A stretch of 32,000 nt of DNA from Cupriavidus necator. GTDB lineage: Bacteria > Pseudomonadota > Gammaproteobacteria > Burkholderiales > Burkholderiaceae. The first letter of the stretch is position 1. Each line of letters starts with the position of its first letter. Below are positions 8,970 to 16,021 of the stretch, one piece after another. A model generated the notes under the pieces. It worked only from the letters and a program-made list of their open reading frames with translations, searched no databases and was not told the DNA's origin. The stretch spans positions 390,001 to 422,000 of the forward strand of contig NZ_CP066020.1 of assembly GCF_016127575.1 (NCBI RefSeq), read 5' to 3'. The position numbers were made by a program, and so were the translations under genes.

Positions 8970-10234
8970 AGCGCCACCTTTCCAGGCTGCTCTTTGAACC
9001 GGACCTGCGGCACACGGTCAACGTAGACCACACTCCCATCCGCGATCACGGTCAGGCGTGCGGCGATGCCGTTGAACCTGTAGTAGCGGTCCTTGAGTTC
9101 GCCGTTGCGCTGGTGTTCATCGCCGAACACCGACACGCTCACCAACGACTTGGCAAAGCTGAGATAGGTCGCACCGTCCTTTTCGAAGACCATTTCCAGA
9201 CCGGCGCCGTTCTGGTTCGGGAACTCATAGTCGATCTCCGGGGTGCGCGTCACGTCGACAGACTTGCCATCCGCCGTCGCCGTGAAGCGATCGACCGTGG
9301 CGAAGGACAGTACGCGCTGGGCCTCGTCCCACCGCGTCCAGATCTTGCTGTCGGATGCGTCCCGCAAGACTAGATCCTTGGGCTCCTGCTCGAATCGGAT
9401 TTCAATGCGGCCCTGCTTCGTGTCGCGAATCGCCAAGGCACCGAAGGCCGATGCCAGTGTCGGGCCGTCAGGCAGCGGTGTCCCGGCTACCGGCGTTACC
9501 GCATCTACATGGCCAGCAGGCAGCGTGTCAGCTGTCGGCGCAGCGGCTTGAAGCTTCCCGTCAGGGGTTGCGGCCGCGACGCCGCCCTCGACCACGGCGA
9601 AGCTCTTCGGCGGCCCGGCGCGCAGCGCGATATTGCGGCGGCTGAAGTCCACTTCCGCATAGAGATTGCGCTGCTCGAGCACGCGGGCGAGTGCCTGCAG
9701 CCAGTTCTCGCCGTCGCGCGTTTCGAGGGTCACCTCTTCGGTCAAGGGGATATCCTTCTGCGCGGTGCCGCTCCAGCCTGCCGGCGCAATCGACTTCACC
9801 AGCTGCGCGAGCGGCAGGTTCGAACGGCCAGCGCGCACCAGGGGCTGGCTGGCATAGCTGCCGATCAGTGCGAGGCGCCCAGAGATTGCGGCGGGGCTAC
9901 GGGCCATCTCGCCCACCGGACTTACTGGCTCCGAGGTAAAGCCGTTCGCACGCTTCCAGCGTGCGACCACCGGCTGGCCGCTGACCGAATAGCGGACGAC
10001 GTCCGGGACGCCGTCGATCACCCAGTATGGGCCACTCTGGATGGCGCCATCGGCCTGCACGGCCTGGCCATGTCGCGGCTGGATGTAGGTCGACAGCCCA
10101 TCGTTAAACACCATGGCAGGGCGATCGGCGGCGCGCGCGACGACCTGATAGTCGAAGTCCAGCGGGTCGGTGTCGGCCGCCATGGCGTGCGTCGCCACCA
10201 GTGCAAGTGCGGAGAGGATTAGCGGCCTGATCAT
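8966..10234 (-). CDS. Periplasmic hybrid protein with two VirB9-C-terminal-like domains flanking a TcpQ/PilL-like domain (422 aa)
   Basis: ATG at 10234 overlaps the upstream stop (ATGA). Signal peptide MIRPLILSALALVATHAMA. N-terminal DFDYQVV...PAMVFNDGLSTYIQP and C-terminal EIDYEFP...LEMVFEKDGATYLSF mimic the VirB9 motif (NFEYSISG...PETAFDDGKALWLRL in the real VirB9 here). The middle segment, LAQLVKSIAPAGWSG...WLQALARVLEQRNLYAEVDF, is TcpQ-like. Confidence 0.6.
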   Translation of the reverse strand: MIRPLILSALALVATHAMAADTDPLDFDYQVVARAADRPAMVFNDGLSTYIQPRHGQAVQADGAIQSGPYWVIDGVPDVVRYSVSGQPVVARWKRANGFTSEPVSPVGEMARSPAAISGRLALIGSYASQPLVRAGRSNLPLAQLVKSIAPAGWSGTAQKDIPLTEEVTLETRDGENWLQALARVLEQRNLYAEVDFSRRNIALRAGPPKSFAVVEGGVAAATPDGKLQAAAPTADTLPAGHVDAVTPVAGTPLPDGPTLASAFGALAIRDTKQGRIEIRFEQEPKDLVLRDASDSKIWTRWDEAQRVLSFATVDRFTATADGKSVDVTRTPEIDYEFPNQNGAGLEMVFEKDGATYLSFAKSLVSVSVFGDEHQRNGELKDRYYRFNGIAARLTVIADGSVVYVDRVPQVRFKEQPGKVAL

Positions 10235-11052
10235 CGGAATTGCGCGACGTGTTTCATGAATCGGGAGAAGTACGGCCCACCGCGCTCCGGGTTCGCGCTG
10301 TGGTACCACGCCACCGCCTTCATGGCGGAGCCGCTGCGTTGCAGGTTCTCGGTCAGAATGTCTTCCGCCACGCGAATGTTCGTGGCCGGCGCAAGCGCCT
10401 CCCATGGCGAAGCGAACCGTTTGCCGTGGTAGCACCAGTTCACCTGCATCAGCCCGACATCGAAATCGCAGCGCTGATTGGCGAGCAGCCGGTTAATGGC
10501 CGCATACGCTTCCTCGCGCGTCGAGAAGAACATGCCGCGACCGGCCACATTGAGCGTCCACGGCCAGGGGCGGCCGCGGTAGGACGACTCGTTCATGGCA
10601 ATGCCCGCCGTGATCCTGGGGTCCACCCGGCTTCCCATCTGCGCGAACGGCTCCGTCTTGGGTGCACACGCCCAACCGCCGCGTCGCTCGGCCAGCGCTT
10701 CCTGTGCGGCATCATTCAGCACGGGTGGGCGCAACCAACCCTCACGCACAAACAACGCGGCGATCGGTACGGTCTTGCCGGCAAGCGTGACGACTGGGCC
10801 TGCCTCCGCACCGGGATCGATCTGCGCACCGAGCAGACGCGCCGACCACCCGAGGAATGGTTCGAGTCCGCAATACAGGACCGGTTTGCCTTCGAGGGTG
10901 TGCACCCGCGCCTGGCCGTCCACCTTCACCACAATGGCGTTCGGGCTAATGACCGCGTCCATCGTTGCAGCTTGCGCGGCAAGCGATGCGACGGCGCAGA
11001 CAACGAATGCTGCGAACCGTTTAGTCACGATAGGCCTCCAGCACGATGTCAT
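10231..11052 (-). CDS. virB1: VirB1-like lytic transglycosylase with an extra N-terminal domain of about 130 aa
   Basis: SLT motifs in the C-terminal half: AMNESS, GLMQVN and AWYHS. The start is either ATG 11052 (32-nt overlap with virB10) or GTG 11028 (giving MTKRFAAFVVCAVASLAAQA, a cleaner signal peptide). Confidence 0.8.
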   Translation of the reverse strand: MTSCWRPIVTKRFAAFVVCAVASLAAQAATMDAVISPNAIVVKVDGQARVHTLEGKPVLYCGLEPFLGWSARLLGAQIDPGAEAGPVVTLAGKTVPIAALFVREGWLRPPVLNDAAQEALAERRGGWACAPKTEPFAQMGSRVDPRITAGIAMNESSYRGRPWPWTLNVAGRGMFFSTREEAYAAINRLLANQRCDFDVGLMQVNWCYHGKRFASPWEALAPATNIRVAEDILTENLQRSGSAMKAVAWYHSANPERGGPYFSRFMKHVAQFR

Positions 11053-12262
11053 GCTTGACCTGGACCATCATCCTTTGCCCGGGATCGGTCGTGATGGTCG
11101 GCCGGATATTCTGGTTGCGGTTCAGGATGGTCTGTGCCGTCTGCGTGGCAATTTGACCCGCGGCGTTTCCATAAGCGACCAGACCGGCCGGCCCGACGGT
11201 GGTCGTCGTCGGGTTATCGTTGAAACGAAGCGACAGCGCACCGATCACCAGCGCACCGCTGAAGATCCTCAAGAAGTGGTTATTGACGTCGCCGCTATTA
11301 CCGGCGGTCCCATCTGGATCGGCACCCTGCATCCCCAGGAGCGGCACGGTTTTGCCGTTGGGCAGTTGCATGCGCACGAACGCCGTGAGAAGGCGCTCCT
11401 GCCCGACAGCAATGTCCGCGCTATACATACCGACCAGCGTGCTGCCGGCAGGGATCACCTTGCAGGTACCCTGCACGGTGTCGTAGATGTCCTGGGATAC
11501 GGTGGCGCGGAACTCGCCGGGCTTGTCCGAGTTCAGGCCACCGGCGAACGTTGCGGGGATGACGAAGCCTCGGCTGACCGTGCATTTTGGCAACTTGCCA
11601 TCGAAGCCGGTTCGCAAGGTGCTCATGCTGCCGGCGTCGCGCAGGAACTGCCGGTCACCGGAGACTTGCTGTGGCGTCGCGTTGTCCTGTGCAAGCGCGG
11701 CCGCATTCGCCGCGCCCTGGCGAGCGGCCACCGCTTGCTGGATCGCACGCATTTGCGCAGGGTCCGAGACATCCGCAATCCCGGCAGGCACACGCCCTTG
11801 ATTCAGTTGAGACTTGCGCGCGCCGGACTTGAACACCGGCGCCGTGAATAGATCATCCTCCTCGTTCTTCTTGGCATCTACCGTGGGCGCAGCTTTTCCA
11901 CCGCCGTTCAGATCGGCAGCAGTTAATACCGGCTTCTTGGTGTCCGGCACAATGGCTTCCTTGCGCTGCTTGTCGGCTTCCTCGCGGGCCTTGTCCGCCT
12001 GAGCGCGAATCGCCGCCTCAAGGCTTTGCCCAGTGTCAGCATTGCCCGCGCGCTGCTTGATCTGATCGGCACGCGCCTGTTCGGCCTTCGCTTCAAGCTG
12101 CTCGTCCGTGATGGTCTGGAAGTAGTAGCCCAGGACGCCCACCAGCACCGCCGTGATGCCGCCGAGAGCGAACATCACGTTGCGGGGCAGCTTCCCTTTC
12201 ACGGTTCGTACTTGCACATCGCTCACGGAAGCTGCATTCGGATCCATTTTCGAGGCGCGCAT
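11021..12262 (-). CDS. virB10: T4SS VirB10/TrbI family protein
   Basis: N-terminal TM (VMFALGGITAVLVGVLGYYF), a charged coiled region, and a conserved C-terminal beta-barrel region (...GTAGNSGDVNNHFLRIFSGALVIGALS...). The ATG shares one nt with the virB9 stop (TGATG). Confidence 0.9.
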   Translation of the reverse strand: MRASKMDPNAASVSDVQVRTVKGKLPRNVMFALGGITAVLVGVLGYYFQTITDEQLEAKAEQARADQIKQRAGNADTGQSLEAAIRAQADKAREEADKQRKEAIVPDTKKPVLTAADLNGGGKAAPTVDAKKNEEDDLFTAPVFKSGARKSQLNQGRVPAGIADVSDPAQMRAIQQAVAARQGAANAAALAQDNATPQQVSGDRQFLRDAGSMSTLRTGFDGKLPKCTVSRGFVIPATFAGGLNSDKPGEFRATVSQDIYDTVQGTCKVIPAGSTLVGMYSADIAVGQERLLTAFVRMQLPNGKTVPLLGMQGADPDGTAGNSGDVNNHFLRIFSGALVIGALSLRFNDNPTTTTVGPAGLVAYGNAAGQIATQTAQTILNRNQNIRPTITTDPGQRMMVQVKHDIVLEAYRD

Positions 12263-13182
12263 CAGAACAATCCCAGAACGCGACGACGGCCCCGCTCGAT
12301 CTTGATCTCATCGTCACCGGAGCGCAGGACGATGGTATCGGCGAGGCGCTGCACCACCAGATAGCCGCCGCGGCGGATCTGGTTGACCACGACAAAGTCG
12401 CTGCCGTCCTTCACCAGCGCGACCGGCCAGCTCTGCAACGCGGCGGCAGGCAGTCGTAGCCAGAGCGCCTTGCCATCGTCGAACGCGGTCTCCGGCTTGA
12501 AGCTGGCGGTGCCGGAAATGGAATACTCGAAGTTCAGCTGGTCCGGCGACACCCCGACGGCGTCAGGGTTGCGCGCTTCGGCCCCGGCTGACCTGGCATC
12601 CTCCCCTTGCTCGTCGCGCGCATCGTTGCGCGCCTTGACCTTGGCCGAGATGGAGGTCGGAATGCGGAAGCGCACTTTCTGGTAAAAGATGCCGCCCAGC
12701 GGCGAGGACACCAGCGTGAACTCGTAGCTACGCTTATTCGTGTTCACCGACAAGGTATTGACGAGACCCGCCGCCTGCGGCTTCACATAGAGATGGTTGG
12801 CGCCATCCGTGTCGTAATCCCAGCGCACGTTCTCGCCCCATGCCGGGTCGCCAACGATCTGCTCATCGTCCGGGAACTCGATCGTTGTGACTTTCAGAGG
12901 CGCGCTCAGCACGCGGAAGATCTGGTCGCGGCTGTACGTGAATACGACGAGGCGTGAATCACCCGGCAACGCGATCGGATCGACACCGCCGTTGAACGGG
13001 TTGCCCGGGTTCATGGCATCGCTCAGATCGCCGATGCCAAGGCCGGCGACGCCTGCGCCGAGGCGTCGCCCATTCTTTTCCGCCGCGTTGCCATCGGGGA
13101 TGGAGAGCAACAGTGCCAGGCCAAGGGCGATGGCCAGCGGGAGAAGTCGGGAGGGGGTGCGCGCTTCCATGGGCATTTGCAC
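12262..13182 (-). CDS. virB9: T4SS VirB9/TrbG/CagX family protein
   Basis: Signal peptide. Motifs SRLVVFTYSRDQIFRV, TTIEFP, NHLYVKP and RSYEFTL, plus a C-terminal domain (NFEYSISG...FDDGKALWLRL...LVVQRLADTIVLRSGDDEIKIER). Possible starts are GTG 13182, ATG 13176 or ATG 13170. Confidence 0.9.
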   Translation of the reverse strand: MQMPMEARTPSRLLPLAIALGLALLLSIPDGNAAEKNGRRLGAGVAGLGIGDLSDAMNPGNPFNGGVDPIALPGDSRLVVFTYSRDQIFRVLSAPLKVTTIEFPDDEQIVGDPAWGENVRWDYDTDGANHLYVKPQAAGLVNTLSVNTNKRSYEFTLVSSPLGGIFYQKVRFRIPTSISAKVKARNDARDEQGEDARSAGAEARNPDAVGVSPDQLNFEYSISGTASFKPETAFDDGKALWLRLPAAALQSWPVALVKDGSDFVVVNQIRRGGYLVVQRLADTIVLRSGDDEIKIERGRRRVLGLF

Positions 13183-13185
13183 GGC

Positions 13186-13893
13186 TCAGGCCGCAGATTT
13201 CTGGATGGAGAAGAAGATGGGGAAGACACCAAAGGGGTTCGTCCCGAGCATGGCTTCCTTGTCCGCCGGCTTGACCTGATAGCGGAACGTGATCGCGTAC
13301 CGCTGCTTGCGCGGCTTGTACCCATCCTCGGTGGTCGTGGTCACGAATTCCACAACCACGGTGCTATCGGGCAGGCTGGCAATATTGGTGAACTTCGGTT
13401 CCCGGGTGAGCGTCGGCGCCGACATCACCTGCCGGAACGGCTCGTCTTCATCCACCCATGCCTTGAACTGCTCCTTGGCCGATCCCAGCATCTGCTCTCG
13501 CACCGACCGCAGATTCCCCGCCATGCGCGACGACTCGATCTGAGGCGTCAGAATGGGCTCGATCGTGAACCACCGCTGCACGAGGTCCTTGAGCGCAACC
13601 TTCACCTGTCGTTCATCCGGATGGAATGCGTCCAGTTCACGAGTGATCGGCTTCCCGGTCGCATCCGCCGAAACGCCAACGACCTTCACCACCGACGGCG
13701 GCGGCTCGCGGGTCAGAATCGCCGCGAGTGCGACGCACGCGGCGCCGACCGTTGCGAGCTTCCAGTGATTGCGGTCCACGGTGATGCGCGTGGTCCGATC
13801 GAAAATGACTTGCTCTGGACGCTCTTCGCCATACATACCTGGCGCAACGGTCAGGGGCTTGGCTTTGTCGGTGGATCTGCGTAGGAATCGCAT
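13186..13893 (-). CDS. virB8: T4SS VirB8 family protein
   Basis: I use ATG 13893 (MRFLRRSTDK...), because the track start at 13968 is a TTG. It has a single TM (WKLATVGAACVALAAILT) about 45 aa in, followed by a periplasmic NTF2-like domain. It is the first gene of the leftward operon. Confidence 0.85.
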   Translation of the reverse strand: MRFLRRSTDKAKPLTVAPGMYGEERPEQVIFDRTTRITVDRNHWKLATVGAACVALAAILTREPPPSVVKVVGVSADATGKPITRELDAFHPDERQVKVALKDLVQRWFTIEPILTPQIESSRMAGNLRSVREQMLGSAKEQFKAWVDEDEPFRQVMSAPTLTREPKFTNIASLPDSTVVVEFVTTTTEDGYKPRKQRYAITFRYQVKPADKEAMLGTNPFGVFPIFFSIQKSAA

Positions 13894-14271
13894 GATGCGG
13901 CGGGCTTTTGGGATGCCGCTAATTGAATCAGCGAAATGGCATGCATCTGCCCTCGAAAGCTGTGCCAATTTGCTGAGCTTTCCAATTTTCCTCTCGCTTC
14001 ACCTCAATTTGATACCTCCACAGCCGTCGGGATGGCTCGCCCAGCGCCAGCCGCTATGCCGCCACCCGATTCCCCGCGGCGAAGGGCGCCAGCGAGGTGT
14101 CTACCTTCGAAAGCTCAGGATTTGACCGCGTCATTCGCTATCCTGAGAAGGAACATGTTCCTCTTGCTACGACTTGAGCGGACCGGCGCCGCACGACTTC
14201 GTCAAAAGCTCTTGAAAATCGCCTAGCTTTCAGTCGACTACAGGACCGTTTGCCCGCCAACAATAGCGGGC
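13894..14271. promoter_or_regulatory. Divergent control region between the virB8-to-pil operon and the virB11-to-tra operon; contains candidate operators
   Basis: 378 bp with no convincing ORF. It holds a perfect 14-bp palindrome AGGAACATGTTCCT (14149-14162). Directly beside it is an 8-bp inverted repeat, CTCAGGAT (14114-14121) / ATCCTGAG (14140-14147). I cannot call clean sigma70 -35/-10 hexamers. Confidence 0.55.
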
Positions 14272-15321
14272 ATGGAATCAGCGTCCACCAACCACCCTCT
14301 TCTGCAGCTCACGCAGCTTGCCGACAGCGCCGTGTCGATGTTCTTCGAATCGCTGGCGCCGTTGCACGATGTCATTCATGCGGATGACGTGGCGGAGGTC
14401 ATGATCAATCGCCACAACAGCATCTGGGTCGAGCGACGCGGCATCATGACCCGACTCGAGATCGAGATCGATCCGTTCAAGATCGAGGGGGCGATCCGTT
14501 CCTTGGCGTCGTCGGTAGAAAAGTCCGCGGTGCGCGGCACGGCCCAGGGCATCATCAACGCCGGTCAAAAGGGCCTGCGCATCGCCGCCGTGATGCAGCC
14601 AACGTCGATCGACGGCCACGCTCTGAGCATCCGGCGGCATCGCGAGAAGAACATGCGCCTGTCGGACTATGTGAAGGCCGGCGCGTTCTCATCCCGGCAT
14701 GCGCGCACGGAAACCGAGACGCCCATCTTCTGCGGCCCTGTCGAGGACGACGCACTCGCCCAGGCGCTCGGCGAGCTAGTCCGCCTGCGCAAGAACATCC
14801 TGGTGGCAGGCGGTACGTCTTCAGGCAAGACCACGCTACTCAATGCCATGGTCGGCGAGATTCCACCGGAGGAGCGGGTCATCACCATCGAGGACACGAC
14901 GGAGCTCAAGCCCAGCGTGCCGAACGTCGTGCGGCTCCTTTCCAACGCCGACAAGGGCGTGACCACGCAGCATCTCGTCGCGCTCTCTCTGCGCTTCCGG
15001 CCAGACCGGATTCTCGTGGGCGAAGTCCGGGGCGGCGAAGCGTACGACATGCTCCAGGCCTTTAACACCGGCCACGACGGCGGCATGGGATCGCTGCATG
15101 CGCCCAGTCCCCGCATGGCCTTGTCCCGTCTCGAAAGCATGGCGCTGCTCGGCATCCCGCCCGGTTCCGGCTGGAAAGTCGAAGACATGCGTCGCCTCAT
15201 TGCCGACTGCATTCACTACGTTGTGCACATGAAGCGTTCGGGAGACATGCGCGTGCTCTCCGAGATCATTGAGATCAAGGGCTTTCGCAATAACGACTAC
15301 GAATACCAACGCGTTTTCTAA
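14272..15321 (+). CDS. virB11: T4SS ATPase VirB11 family
   Basis: Motifs: Walker A GGTSSGKTTLLNAM, ITIEDTTEL, RPDRILVGEVRGGEAYDMLQAFNTGHDGGMGSLHA. Confidence 0.92.
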   Translation: MESASTNHPLLQLTQLADSAVSMFFESLAPLHDVIHADDVAEVMINRHNSIWVERRGIMTRLEIEIDPFKIEGAIRSLASSVEKSAVRGTAQGIINAGQKGLRIAAVMQPTSIDGHALSIRRHREKNMRLSDYVKAGAFSSRHARTETETPIFCGPVEDDALAQALGELVRLRKNILVAGGTSSGKTTLLNAMVGEIPPEERVITIEDTTELKPSVPNVVRLLSNADKGVTTQHLVALSLRFRPDRILVGEVRGGEAYDMLQAFNTGHDGGMGSLHAPSPRMALSRLESMALLGIPPGSGWKVEDMRRLIADCIHYVVHMKRSGDMRVLSEIIEIKGFRNNDYEYQRVF

Positions 15322-15340
15322 ACCTCAGGAGTCTTTTCGC

Positions 15341-15688
15341 ATGACCTCCCCGTTCTCACAGCGCGCCCGCGCAACAGCTCGCAAGTACGCCCCGTCCGCC
15401 TTGCTGCTCGTCGGCATGATGGCAGTCGCCACCTCCGCCGTCGCCGCGGACGATTCGTTCCTCGGCAATCTTGGCAACTTCATCTGCGGCATCGCCACCT
15501 TCATCAACACGAAGTATCTGTTCGTCATCGGCCTGATCGTCATTGTGCTGGGCGCCTATGCCTATGCCAATGCCGAATCGAGCCTGTCCAAGTTCATCTC
15601 GGGGGCTTGCGTTGGCGTCGGCCTGGCCGCAGCGGCGCCGTCGATCCTGAAGACGCTGAACATCGTCGCCGCCTGCACCGGCTTCTAA
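15341..15688 (+). CDS. virB2: T4SS pilin VirB2/TrbC family (115 aa)
   Basis: ATG 15341 with AGGAG at 15327-15331. It has a long signal peptide ending AVA/ADD, followed by two hydrophobic helices (ICGIATFINTKYLFVIGLIVIVLGAYAY and ISGACVGVGLAAAAP). Confidence 0.8.
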   Translation: MTSPFSQRARATARKYAPSALLLVGMMAVATSAVAADDSFLGNLGNFICGIATFINTKYLFVIGLIVIVLGAYAYANAESSLSKFISGACVGVGLAAAAPSILKTLNIVAACTGF

Positions 15689-15691
15689 GAG

Positions 15692-16021
15692 ATGAGAAAG
15701 CACCATGTGAGCATCGGCCTGTCGATGCCTCGCCTGATCGCAGGCGCGGTACGTGGCCTCGCCATCGCCAACGGCACCATCGTCGCGCTGCTGATCTATG
15801 TGACCTACCGCAGCGGCTGGGAGATCCCGGTGTCGATCTTCGTCATCGGCCTTTGCACCCATGCGTTGCTGGCGTGGCTGACGAGCCGAGATCCGTGGTG
15901 GAACCAGATCCTCAACGTCTACAACATGTACGGCGACCTGTACGAGTCGGTGCCCTGGCACGGCAAGTCCGACGCGGTGTTCCGCCGCCCGTACGGCTTT
16001 GACAGTGACTTGCCATGCTGA
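15692..16021 (+). CDS. virB3: T4SS VirB3 family protein
   Basis: 109 aa. GLSMPRLIAGAVRG resembles the VirB3 'gLtRP...Gv' motif, followed by TM helices. The stop overlaps the virB4 start (ATGCTGA). Confidence 0.8.
   Translation: MRKHHVSIGLSMPRLIAGAVRGLAIANGTIVALLIYVTYRSGWEIPVSIFVIGLCTHALLAWLTSRDPWWNQILNVYNMYGDLYESVPWHGKSDAVFRRPYGFDSDLPC

Noticed and set aside
13936-14226. 96-aa plus-strand ORF (and 13769..14125, 118 aa) inside the divergent control region; also considered as a place for a hidden virB7 or regulator
   Set aside because: There is no Shine-Dalgarno site, and the composition is Pro/Arg/Ala-rich. There is no signal peptide, and the only lipobox-like string (LESC) has no hydrophobic leader. 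The region is better explained as promoter/operator DNA.
14212-14240. TTGAAA hexamer (14212-14217) as the -35 box of the virB11 promoter
   Set aside because: No acceptable -10 hexamer lies at 16-18 bp spacing (CGACTA/TCGACT). It is too weak to call without transcript mapping.
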